A DNA stretch of 63,852 bases, filler included, from Octopus bimaculoides (Eukaryota), in NCBI RefSeq assembly GCF_001194135.2. It is 5 parts of 5 records of this genome, joined end to end, with 100 filler letters (N's around TTAATTAATTAA, not from the genome) between each part and the next. Parts side by side here need not be neighbours in the genome. Positions count along the whole stretch, not along the records: positions 31,289 to 51,782 come from NC_069005.1; positions 51,883 to 62,659 come from NC_068985.1; positions 62,760 to 63,852 come from NC_068984.1; 2 more parts are not named here. One strand, written 5' to 3'. Numbering within the stretch: the first letter of the stretch is position 1; each line of letters starts with the position of its first letter. A program made the position numbers and the translations under genes. The notes beneath the pieces were generated by a model. It saw only the letters and a list, made by a program, of their open reading frames with translations, made no database searches and was not told where the DNA came from. This document shows, piece after piece, positions 51,410 to 63,069 of this stretch.

Positions 51410-51782
51410 ATCTCATCTTAAGTCTTCCTGGATCTACCTTTTCCATGGTTTCCTTCCACTGTGACACTTCTTCACACAGCTGTTCTCATCCATACACAAC
51501 ACATGACCATACCAGCATAGTCATCTCCCTTATACACCACATCTGATGCTTCTTATGTCCAACATTTCTCTCAGGGTGCTTACACTCTGTTGTGCATGCA
51601 CACTGACATTACACATCCTGCGCATCATACTAGCACCATTCCTGTCAAGCCTATGCATGTCCTCAGCAGTCATGGCCCATGTTTCACTGCCGTGTAGCAT
51701 GGCTGTTCACACACATGCATCATACAGTCTGCCTTTTACTCTGAGCAAGAGGCCCTTTGTCACAAGTAGAGGTAGAAACTTT
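51410..51782 (-). mobile_element. RTE LINE 3' fragment, same family as 33166-34690
   Basis: Reverse complement aligns by eye to 34270-34640 (LVTKGL..RVKGRLYDAC...WYGHV). Confidence 0.85.
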
Positions 51783-51882
51783 NNNNNNNNNNNNNNNNNN
51801 NNNNNNNNNNNNNNNNNNNNNNNNNNTTAATTAATTAANNNNNNNNNNNNNNNNNNNNNNNNNNNNNNNNNNNNNNNNNNNN
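51783..51882. other. Artificial scaffold-join spacer
   Basis: Same 44N-TTAATTAATTAA-44N layout. Confidence 0.95.
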
Positions 51883-51959
51883 CGCATAACTGTGGCCACC
51901 CGCCGGCGCCTTCACTTTTCCCACAATGGGGAAAAAAGACAACAATTCAAAACAACAAT

Positions 51960-53344
51960 AGCAACATTTTGAACAGTAACAATCAATCAAAGAAACACCC
52001 AACACCATGACTCACGTCTAACACAACAAAGACAATTCCGTTATGAACAACTCAAACCGCCTGTGCATATGGCACTCTTCTAGTATCTCCAGCACATATG
52101 CGTATTTATACCATTCAGAGCCGTCCATTTATCCATTCACGGGGGTATTCGGATTCTACCACAACATCTCCCCTTTTTTAAGTTTGACTTTCCCTGAGAG
52201 TCAATACTTCTATTTATTACCACCTTTCTTTCTTCACCTTTTTTTTTTACTTCCTCGGGGAGAAACTGGAACATTTTTTTTCTATTTTTGGTTCAATTTT
52301 CAACATTTCCGTTCGCTTTCTTTTCCTAATTGGCGTACGCGCTGGATCAACCGTTTCTTGCGGTACCGGAACATCAAACATCATATAGAATTTCCATCGA
52401 CTCTTCCTGCCTTATTTTTTTCTTCTGTAAATCTTTTTTCCATTTGCTTCAGATGTCTCCTGTTCCCACATATGCTCTTTTACCATATATGTTACTCTTC
52501 TTAAACGTTTAGTTATTTTTCCTTCTTCTCAACTTTACCATTTTTATATTTAAAAAAAAAACGCTGTCACCTATATTGAAATACTTCATTTTATTTTCAG
52601 TGTTTCTCTGTATCTTTTGTTTTCTTCCCGGTAATAGTTTATCAAATACTGACCGGACTTTCCTGACAAACATTAGTTCATCCGGCGTCATACTCGACTC
52701 TGTGTTGGGGTTAGGCGTCGTTCTATAGACAAGCAGGAATTGCGTCAAAGTAGTATACAGTAATAATTCATTGTAGTTTTCCTTACAGCTCTCTTAAAAG
52801 TGTCTACGAAACGTTCCGCTAGTCCGTTATATCTTGGATATAACATACTCTATTGAATGCATTTTACGAAATTTTTTAAACTCACTTGCTGTGACCTGCG
52901 TTCCGTTATCAGACAATATAGTGTCTATGACACCAAATCGTGCAAAAAGTACATCCAAAAGTTCTATTGTTACTTTAGAAGTTTCTGCATTTACATTTTT
53001 CCGGCCATTTTGTGTGACTATCTACAACTGCTAGATAATACACACCATTTAGTGACCCTGCAAAATCCATATGTAATCTAGGCCAAGGTACGTCAGTGCT
53101 GGGCCAAGGTTGAATTTTTACAGGTGATGCCTTTGCTTTCAGAGCACAACCCCTGCAAGCTTTCACTAGTTTTTCAATATCTTGATCCATATTCAACCAG
53201 TAAATGCAACTTCTCATAAGTGCTTTCATCCTCGCAATACCTGGACGTCCGATGTGAAACTCTTTTAACATCCGATTTTTGCCAGGAGACAACTTTTTAG
53301 ATTTCTTTTAAAATTTTCCGACGCCTTACTTGAACTGGTGTACG
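51960..53344 (-). mobile_element. Gypsy/Ty3 LTR retrotransposon 3' part: integrase, PPT and start of 3' LTR
   Basis: (H)IGRPGIARMKALMRSCIYWLNMDQDIEKLVKACRGC, WPRLHMDFAG, IVSDNG, AERFVDTFKR, FLLVYRTTP. Polypurine tract at 52167-52179 immediately followed by TGTTG at 52166; GTATAAATA inside the LTR. Confidence 0.9.
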
Positions 53345-54244
53345 NNNNNNNNNNNNNNNNNNNNNNNNNNNNNNNNNNNNNNNNNNNNNNNNNNNNNNNN
53401 NNNNNNNNNNNNNNNNNNNNNNNNNNNNNNNNNNNNNNNNNNNNNNNNNNNNNNNNNNNNNNNNNNNNNNNNNNNNNNNNNNNNNNNNNNNNNNNNNNNN
53501 NNNNNNNNNNNNNNNNNNNNNNNNNNNNNNNNNNNNNNNNNNNNNNNNNNNNNNNNNNNNNNNNNNNNNCGTCACTTAATTTTCTATACGAAATTTATAC
53601 CTATATATGTATTGATATCTATCTATCTATCTATCTATCTAGCCATCCTTGCATGCATTCATTTATCTGAAGGAGCCTTGGGTCTAGGTTAGAAACTGGC
53701 TCTTTCTCTATTGGCAAGAAATTTTGAAATAAAACTAAATAATGACATACATACATACATACATACATGTTCGTGATATGAAACCACCGTAACTTTCCTC
53801 ATACAAACATCATCTACGTTAAGCCTAAACATCAGACCACAGACTCTATTAAGAGAGATCTTGAATTCATTGTCTGATGGAGGATACAAATACTGGCTCC
53901 ATTAAAAGCAAGTTTCCAAAATTCCTACACACAGCAAATAAATTATATTGCCTCAACTTCCGCACCGATTGTCATACTCAACGCACAAAAATGCGTCAAA
54001 TTCGTTACAAATGCAACGCCACAATCATTCATAAACCCTCCTCTAGTAATTTCATATTCACAACATAGAGCTGGATATTATATCTGGAAGACTAACCTGC
54101 ACTTCAGGGTCAACATTAATTCAGTAATCAACAGTTGCTGTCTCATGTAAATCTCAAATAGAACGATCCACGAACATACTGGACCACATAAAAAAAAAAC
54201 AACCATCTGGTTTATTGGGATTGAGTTTCTCAACAATGTTCATC

Positions 54245-54502
54245 AGCATTATTTACATTATTTACATTTGACGGATATTTGTCCTCATCTTATTTGTTGT
54301 TAACACAACGTTTCGGCTGATATACCCTCCAGCCTTCGTCAGGTGTCTTGGGGAAATTTCGAACCTGGGTTCTCATTCCTAACGATGTTACTATTATTAT
54401 ATTATTATTATTATTACTATTATTAATCAGGTCGCTGCCGTGAATCGAACTCGGAATCTTGGGGTTAGTAGCCCGCGCTCTTAACCACTACGCCATATGC
54501 CC
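54245..54502 (-). mobile_element. tRNA-derived SINE-like element: tRNA head + (AAT)n + hammerhead-containing body
   Basis: A box TGGCGTAGTGG (54495-54485), B box GAGTTCGATTC (54452-54442), (AAT)n 54424-54388, hammerhead 54347-54302, ATGTAAATA tandem at the 3' end. Confidence 0.75.
54302..54347 (-). ncRNA. Minimal type I hammerhead ribozyme, core intact
   Basis: GACAC-CUGACGA-A-GGCUG-gaggguauau-CAGCC-GAAA-C-GUU^-GUGUU. Stem I 5 bp, stem II 5 bp, palindromic AACGUU stem III. Confidence 0.75.
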
Positions 54503-54518
54503 AGCGACCTGATTAATA

Positions 54519-54557
<39 letters not shown>

Positions 54558-54570
54558 TAATAATAGTAAC
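54387..54570. repeat. Inverted repeat (54387-54437 vs 54502-54570), right arm cut by gap
   Basis: gttactattattatattatt...aatcaggtcgctg versus cagcgacctgattaataatagtaat...atataataatagtaac; differs only in (AAT)n length. Confidence 0.9.
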
Positions 54571-56098
54571 NNNNNNNNNNNNNNNNNNNNNNNNNNNNNN
54601 NNNNNNNNNNNNNNNNNNNNNNNNNNNNNNNNNNNNNNNNNNNNNNNNNNNNNNNNNNNNNNNNNNNNNNNNNNNNNNNNNNNNNNNNNNNNNNNNNNNN
54701 NNNNNNNNNNNNNNNNNNNNNNNNNNNNNNNNNNNNNNNNNNNNNNNNNNNNNNNNNNNNNNNNNNNNNNNNNNNNNNNNNNNNNNNNNNNNNNNNNNNN
54801 NNNNNNNNNNNNNNNNNNNNNNNNNNNNNNNNNNNNNNNNNNNNNNNNNNNNNNNNNNNNNNNNNNNNNNNNNNNNNNNNNNNNNNNNNNNNNNNNNNNN
54901 NNNNNNNNNNNNNNNNNNNNNNNNNNNNNNNNNNNNNNNNNNNNNNNNNNNNNNNNNNNNNNNNNNNNNNNNNNNNNNNNNNNNNNNNNNNNNNNNNNNN
55001 NNNNNNNNNNNNNNNNNNNNNNNNNNNNNNNNNNNNNNNNNNNNNNNNNNNNNNNNNNNNNNNNNNNNNNNNNNNNNNNNNNNNNNNNNNNNNNNNNNNN
55101 NNNNNNNNNNNNNNNNNNNNNNNNNNNNNNNNNNNNNNNNNNNNNNNNNNNNNNNNNNNNNNNNNNNNNNNNNNNNNNNNNNNNNNNNNNNNNNNNNNNN
55201 NNNNNNNNNNNNNNNNNNNNNNNNNNNNNNNNNNNNNNNNNNNNNNNNNNNNNNNNNNNNNNNNNNNNNNNNNNNNNNNNNNNNNNNNNNNNNNNNNNNN
55301 NNNNNNNNNNNNNNNNNNNNNNNNNNNNNNNNNNNNNNNNNNNNNNNNNNNNNNNNNNNNNNNNNNNNNNNNNNNNNNNNNNNNNNNNNNNNNNNNNNNN
55401 NNNNNNNACATTGTGTCACGCTGAATCTCCCCGAGAACTACGTTAAGGGTACACGTGTCTGTGGAGTGCTCAGCCACTTGCACGTTGATTTCACGAGCAG
55501 GCTGTTCCGTTGATCGGATCAACTGGAACCCTCTACCGTCGTAAGCGACGGAGTGCCAACAACAACAACACTCCCGTCATTTAAATAACTTTACCCCACC
55601 TCTGAGCCTTGTAGTGACAAATATATCAGCGCTTCCCCGTCAGACCATTTACTCTCTGGAATTCCCCACCTCCACCATGACCACTGTACATACGTTTTTT
55701 TAATCCTACGGTCGTAGACCTGCATTTGTTCGTAATATCAATAACACCAACCACGCCAGTCTCGGAATGTATGCAAATATCGTAATGGAAGCAGCTTCCT
55801 CTTAACAACACCAGCTCTGTGTCTGTCATCTGCCTGCCTGTCTGTGCGTGTGCGTGTGTCTTTTCGCTTTATTACGTCATTACAACATAGCCAGTTGTTT
55901 TCACAGAAAACATCTGCCTATGTTATAAGGAAACAATAAACCGAATATACCAACTGTTTATGATGCTTTTATTTTCTAATATTATAATTAAAGTGCATTA
56001 GTTCCAATGCTCAATTTAAATATTATGTCTCTGTATAATTAGATATAAGCAGATAGAGTGAGAGAGAAATAGATGAACGGAGATAGGTTGAGACAGAC

Positions 56099-56135
<37 letters not shown>

Positions 56136-56139
56136 CATT

Positions 56140-57330
56140 TCTTTTATTAGCCACACAGGGCTCAACAAAGATGGGACAAATACAATGTAGAGCTTTTCTT
56201 TTTGGGAGGGGGAAGCATTCACTAGACAAGACTTCCCTTTCTACTCTCACCTTCCTCTTCAGGTGATACTTGAAGAAGTTGATGAGAGATTGCCCATAGA
56301 GGAAAGTCTTTATCTCTAGACCTTTCAGACGGGTCCACCATACACATTCTTTCACCATAGCCAATTGGGAAATTTTTGTAATATTTTCATTTTTTTTGTA
56401 CATACCCCAAACGTTTTCTCGATGCCTTTTCATCGTTATCCCCATTTTAATTTTTTTTACTTTATTTTCATCCCCATCGAAAAGAAAAAACTCTACATTG
56501 TNNNNNNNNNNNNNNNNNNNNNNNNNNNNNNNNNNNNNNNNNNNNNNNNNNNNNNNNNNNNNNNNNNNNNNNNNNNNNNNNNNNNNNNNNNNNNNNNNNN
56601 NNNNNNNNNNNNNNNNNNNNNNNNNNNNNNNNNNNNNNNNNNNNNNNNNNNNNNNNNNNNNNNNNNNNNNNNNNNNNNNNNNNNNNNNNNNNNNNNNNNN
56701 NNNNNNNNNNNNNNNNNNNNNNNNNNNNNNNNNNNNNNNNNNNNNNNNNNNNNNNNNNNNNNNNNNNNNNNNNNNNNNNNNNNNNNNNNNNNNNNNNNNN
56801 NNNNNNNNNNNNNNNNNNNNNNNNNNNNNNNNNNNNNNNNNNNNNNNNNNNNNNNNNNNNNNNNNNNNNNNNNNNNNNNNNNNNNNNNNNNNNNNNNNNN
56901 NNNNNNNNNNNNNNNNNNNNNNNNNNNNNNNNNNNNNNNNNNNNNNNNNNNNNNNNNNNNNNNNNNNNNNNNNNNNNNNNNNNNNNNNNNNNNNNNNNNN
57001 NNNNNNNNNNNNNNNNNNNNNNNNNNNNNNNNNNNNNNNNNNNNNNNNNNNNNNNNNNNNNNNNNNNNNNNNNNNNNNNNNNNNNNNNNNNNNCATGAAA
57101 GTAAGTACCTTCTCTCTTTTTGTTACAAGTCTATGCTTAAAATGGCCACATTTACCCATCTTTTATTGAAGCTTTCATTCGACAACACTTTCCTCTCTAT
57201 CCTCATCCTCCTTTTCAAGTGGTACTTGAAAAAGTTGACGAGGGACTGACCAGAGAGGAAAGTGTTTATTTGTAAACTTTTCAAACGCGTCCACCACACG
57301 CATTCTTTCACCATAGCTATCAGTGTTACG
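56140..57330 (-). mobile_element. Two Tx1/L1-like 3' fragments (56215-56365 and 57170-57325) separated by a gap; first ends in AATAAAAG + microsatellite
   Basis: AMVKECVWWTRLKGLEIKTFLYGQSLINFFKYHLKRKVRVERE versus AMVKECVWWTRLKSLQINTFLSGQSLVNFFKYHLKRRMRIERK. Clade assignment is from memory. Confidence 0.5.
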
Positions 57331-59331
57331 AAAACCGTTTCTCCTTCCCGTTTAAAGGAAGGTGGCAGAACAATATTCACGATAGACTCGGCTGATAAGT
57401 GGGCTTGTCCCACACGCGACAGCAGCCGTTCGACGGTTAATATTTAAGACCAAATCACGTTAATTGTTATCAATTAATAAAACTCACAAGTTGCCACAGT
57501 ATACTAAATATGCTTAATAATCATTACATAATCATTAAAGTTAGATAGTTGCTATCATTATATAAATAATTTTAAAAAATATATTGGCACTATATGAGTA
57601 CAGTTAATACTGGGTCCACTGGCAAATTAGTACTATGAGTAAAGTTTCCTTAATTCAAACAATTTACTAAGCATACTTAAAAAACCATAACAATTACCCT
57701 AAGATTAGAATGAAATACTAATTAAATCTTATAATTAAAAATTATAAACTAAAGGTATATTAACTCAAAATGGGGGCAAAAAATACTGTTACAATCAACA
57801 AGATGTGCTTATATTACATTACCCTAAAATTACATTGTTCCTATCATTAAATCTATTAATTTAAAAATTATGATCTAATAATATATTAACTCTAAGTGGG
57901 TGCAGACATACAATTTCAATCAACGGGCTACATTTACAGTTCTACATAGTACATCAAATTTTTACAAATATTTCCTGTTAAGCCCAACTAACATAGTACC
58001 AAAAACAAGCAAAGACATACAACGTATGGTGGGAGAAGGTGGGCATAGAGTACAATAAAATAAAGAAAAAGTAACATAAATAAAATAAAGCTCCGCAACG
58101 GATGCGGAAACGACCGTTTGTTACGTCACCTATTTGTTATGTCATTCTTTGTATTGAAAAATAAGTTATAAATGTGGTCCAATTGATGTGTTTGTTAATC
58201 TGAGGTTTTTTCCATTTTCTAATTATTTGTATTTGTTTTCTGCACTCTACGTGCATAGTGTGCCTGCACACCAATGCCCGGGGATAACACGGGTAATGTA
58301 TATCGATAGTATATATACGAATATTGTATCCCTTAGTCGGTTATTATAACCGCTAACTCTGTTTACACTATATATAGTGTGTTTTATTAACGATCAACCA
58401 TAAATTTTTGAGCGAAGGTGATTTTTTTTTTTTTTTAATAGTGGATCTTGAAACACATAAAGCTCTGTAATAACATGTAAACATTGGGTCGAAAAACCCT
58501 TATGGATAGATGTCGAAGGCTGCCCGTGGGAATCGGGTCCCGAGCTCACTTCTGTAAACATGATACGAGCAGCCCTCAACGTTTTCTATTCAAAAGAGTT
58601 TTNNNNNNNNNNNNNNNNNNNNNNNNNNNNNNNNNNNNNNNNNNNNNNNNNNNNNNNNNNNNNNNNNNNNNNNNNNNNNNNNNNNNNNNNNNNNNNNNNN
58701 NNNNNNNNNNNNNNNNNNNNNNNNNNNNNNNNNNNNNNNNNNNNNNNNNNNNNNNNNNNNNNNNNNNNNNNNNNNNNNNNNNNNNNNNNNNNNNNNNNNN
58801 NNNNNNNNNNNNNNNNNNNNNNNNNNNNNNNNNNNNNNNNNNNNNNNNNNNNNNNNNNNNNNNNNNNNNNNNNNNNNNNNNNNNNNNNNNNNNNNNNNNN
58901 NNNNNNNNNNNNNNNNNNNNNNNNNNNNNNNNNNNNNNNNNNNNNNNNNNNNNNNNNNNNNNNNNNNNNNNNNNNNNNNNNNNNNNNNNNNNNNNNNNNN
59001 NNNNNNNNNNNNNNNNNNNNNNNNNNNNNNNNNNNNNNNNNNNNNNNNNNNNNNNNNNNNNNNNNNNNNNNNNNNNNNNNNNNNNNNNNNNNNNNNNNNN
59101 NNNNNNNNNNNNNNNNNNNNNNNNNNNNNNNNNNNNNNNNNNNNNNNNNNNNNNNNNNNNNNNNNNNNNNNNNNNNNNNNNNNNNNNNNNNNNNNNNNNN
59201 NNNNNNNNNNNNNNNNNNNNNNNNNNNNNNNNNNNNNNNNNNNNNNNNNNNNNNNNNNNNNNNNNNNNNNNNNNNNNNNNNNNNNNNNNNNNNNNNNNNN
59301 NNNNNNNNNNNNNNNNNNNNNNNNNNNNNNN

Positions 59332-59776
59332 TTTCATCTGCCGTTACGTAGTGAGTTCAAGTTCCGCCGAGGTCGACCATGCCTTTCATCTTTTCGGGGT
59401 CGATAAATTAAGTACCAGTTGATGGCCATGTGCCCAAATTTGAAATCTAAATAATTATGCATAAGCAAATTGTATATCAATATATACACTTGTGGGTATG
59501 TGTGTGTGTATACACATGTATATATACACGTGTATATGAATGCTTATTGTTGTTATGTGAGTAAGCATTCATATACACGTGTATATATACATGTGTATAC
59601 ACACACACATACCCACAAGTGTATATATTGATATACAATTTGCTTATGCATAATTATTTAGATTTCAAATTTGGGCACATGGCCATCAACTGGTACTTAA
59701 TTTATCGACCCCGAAAAGATGAAAGGCATGGTCGACCTCGGCGGAACTTGAACTCACTACGTAACGGCAGATGAAA
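59332..59776. repeat. Perfect inverted repeat: 215-bp arms, 15-nt loop, left arm cut by gap
   Basis: 59332-59546 is the reverse complement of 59562-59776 with no mismatch seen by eye; loop TTGTTGTTATGTGAG. Confidence 0.95.
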
Positions 59777-61712
59777 TACTGCTAAGCATTTCGCCCGGCG
59801 TGCTAACGTTTCTGCCAGCTCACCGTCTTTGCTTATATATAATTATTATAGATACTTAGTATCATTATATTTCAATGAGAGGGTACATCGATTTTATCGA
59901 TCCAGTGATCAACTGGTACTTATTTTATCAACCTTGAATGAGTGAAGGGCGAAGCCGACCTCGGCGGAATTTGAACTCAGAACGTAAAGGACGAAATACC
60001 GCAAAGCATTTCGCTCAGCCTGCTAACGATTCTGCCAGCTATCCGCCCCTTTTAATATTGTTATATTAAATAATGATTCTTTAATTCCGTTTTATTTCTT
60101 TGTGATAGATTTTTGCGACAGTTCTGAAATTGGAAAATATTTCACGTAGCCATTTCGAATAGATTTACCTCGGTTGTGTATGAATTATATGCAGGTGAGT
60201 GTGTGTTTGTTTGTGTGTTTATTTGTATGTTCATGTATTTGTGTGTGTTTGTGTGTGTAAGTGTGTGTGTGTGTAAGTTTGTATATATGTGTGAGGGGGT
60301 GCATGTGTGTGGGTGGGTACATGTGTGTGTTGGTTATCAATACGTTTATTAATAGACACACCGACGCACACATATGTGTGTGTGTGTGCGCGCGCGTGTG
60401 TGTGCGCGCGCGTGTGTGTGCGCGCGCGTGTGTGCGTATATGTGTGTGTATCACTACATATATAAATAATTCACATGCGTATATATATAGATAAATAGGT
60501 AGGTAGGCACATAGGTAGGTAGGCACATAGGTAGGTAGGCACATAGGTAGGTAGGTATTCATTTACATATGTATATGTATATATACATTCCTACATATAT
60601 GTATACCTACACACACACACACACGCACATATACATTTACATATATACGTACATACATTAATGCATACCAACACACACACACACACACACGTACATAATA
60701 CATCCGTAGGTAGTTACATAGCTCATACACGTATACTTAGGTCAATGTGTCCGTGCTTATGTAAATGTGAGTGTATGCTGAAGTAAGTTCTCACGACTAG
60801 ACAGAAACTTAAGTCTCACTTAACATTCTTCCCATACACTTTAATAGACAATTTCCCCTCAAACAATGACGAAATTTTGCATTTCTCCTTTATATTTTAA
60901 GGCGTCAAGCTACTGACAATATGACCAAATAAATATCTACTCGCCTTCTTGGTTTTGGCGGTCCACTTTTTGCCCTCCGACTTTCCGTTTAGCTTTACGC
61001 CAAACAGCCATTCCTAAATCATCTTTCTTTTTATTGCTTTATATTTAAGTATAGAGGAGAATCTGGGAACCGTTTTCATTCCAGAGCCAAATTTGAACTC
61101 AAGGCCAGCAAGATCGGGGGACGGAGTAAGCCGATTATATCGACCCCAGTCCTCAACTGATGACTTATTCTATTGACCCCAAAAAGAAGGCAGGCAAAGT
61201 CGACTTCGTCGAAATTTGAACTCAGAACATGAAGACGGATGAAATGCCGCTAGGCATTTTTCTTTTCTTTTTTTGTGCGGCATGCTAATGATAATATGAT
61301 GATTTCAAATTTTAATAGATGGCCAGCAATTTAGGGGTAAAGTGTAAGTCAAGTAATACTTATTTTATTGACCCCCGAAAGGGATGGAAGGCAAACAACA
61401 ACCCCAGCGGAATTTGAACTCAGAACGTAAAGATGCAATGCCGCTAAGTATTTTCCCAATGTGCTAATAATAATGATAATAATAATAATAATAAGCATAT
61501 AGCTGTCTTTATTACAAACTTGCTTATTTTATGAGTCAAGGACTTGCTATGATAAAACTATTTATTTTTCTGGTAAAATTTGTGAATTTGTGAAGGATAT
61601 CCTTCTGATTAGGAGAAACCTAATATAGACACTGTCAAAATATATATACATGGATCACTTTACACTATAACTTAGTACACTTTAAGCGTGGCCATTATAT
61701 ATGTACGCAGGA

Positions 61713-61757
<45 letters not shown>

Positions 61758-62015
61758 CAGACAAACAGACAGAGTGACAGAGAAACACACAAGCTATACA
61801 CGCTCGCGCTCACACACAAATATCTCGTGGTAATAGGAGTAAATATTTTGCAAATATACCAACAGTATTTCTACGTACAAAATTTGGCCAAGGGCTCAAA
61901 GAAATGGAATGATACCCTTCGGGAAACTTCATGTTAGGATATATGAAATAGAACTAAAGGGAATGGCCTACAAACAATTAACCAAGTTATACATCCATCC
62001 ATCCATACATACACA

Positions 62016-62251
62016 CCAGACCGTTAATCAATTAATCGTTAATTAAAGGAGTTGACATTTTCGTTAACTATTTAACTTTTAAAGTTAACTTTGGAAATCG
62101 TAATCGGACTAATCAACTCCCTTTACATTTAGCTTCTGTTAACTCAAGTCAACTTGTGTTAACTGATGAGCAGACTTTAATGAACGGTTATCGAAGTTAA
62201 GATTTTGGCGGTTAACGAAGTTAACTTTTTGATTAACGCTGCCCACCTATG
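62016..62251. mobile_element. MITE-like element with repeated GTTAAC motifs and partial TIR
   Basis: About six GTTAAC palindromes; left ccgttaatcaa matches the reverse complement of right ttgattaacgct. Confidence 0.45.
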
Positions 62252-62456
62252 ATAAATACATACATGCATACATACATACATACATACATACATACAGATA
62301 GAGAGAGAGCGAGAGGGGAGAGAGAGATGCAATTCGAAATTCCCGCCACTTACATAGGAAAATAGCGATGAACAGTCTTCTATGTACTATATTGGATACA
62401 CGGTGTTCGTTTGGTATGTTGATTCTCTGTTTACTGCTATTTTTCTTGACCATATT

Positions 62457-62510
62457 ATACTGACGAGTAGAGGTTGTATAATACTACAATAACTACGAAA
62501 TCATGTCTGT
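62457..62510 (+). ncRNA. Hammerhead-like motif with extended stem II, weak stems I and III
   Basis: AUA-CUGACGA-GUAG-ag-GUUGUA-uaauac-UACAAU-aa-CUAC-GAAA-U-cau-GUC^-UGU. Confidence 0.5.
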
Positions 62511-62628
62511 TTTTAAGGGGTTGGTTTTGAGAGTTGCATTTCCTCGCGTTCGGTAAAAATGTGTTTTTTACGGTAGTCTGACCTTAGAGTCCCTCATAGC
62601 GTGAGGCACTATTGTATAGTAATGCCCT

Positions 62629-62659
<31 letters not shown>

Positions 62660-62759
62660 NNNNNNNNNNNNNNNNNNNNNNNNNNNNNNNNNNNNNNNNN
62701 NNNTTAATTAATTAANNNNNNNNNNNNNNNNNNNNNNNNNNNNNNNNNNNNNNNNNNNN
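62660..62759. other. Artificial scaffold-join spacer
   Basis: Same 44N-TTAATTAATTAA-44N layout. Confidence 0.95.
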
Positions 62760-62856
62760 TATATACAAAAATGCATGTATGTGCTGGATATATATATGTA
62801 TATATATATAGTCTGCATGCATTCACGTACGCATGTGTGCGTACCTCTGAGTATAT

Positions 62857-62896
<40 letters not shown>

Positions 62897-63069
62897 AGAG
62901 GTCGAAAGAGAGAAATAAAGAGATAGAGAAAGAGAGAGAGAGAGAAGAGATAGATAGGTGTGTGTAAATATATGCATGTACATTCGCCCGTTATATGTAT
63001 GTATCCTTGTAAATACATACATTTATACAAATACACACACAGGCACAAATATATATGTACATATACATA

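Noticed and set aside
54428-54502. Functional tRNA gene
   Set aside because: A and B boxes are present but the acceptor stem does not pair well and the head runs into a repeat body; it is a SINE head.
58085-58310. Helitron 3' hairpins (CCGCA..TGCGG, CCCG..CGGG)
   Set aside because: No downstream CTRR terminus at the expected distance.
398-59422. Long ORFs in the track running through X stretches
   Set aside because: They are translations of N gaps.
60955-61025. Minus-strand exon with GC donor (GMAVWRKAKRKVGGQKVDRQNQE)
   Set aside because: Short, weak acceptor, no partner exon; cannot be distinguished from chance.
62160-62200. Other CTGATGA/CTGAGGA hits (also 17625, 19250, 20420, 21403, 40712)
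   Set aside because: No pairing stem II followed by GAAA.
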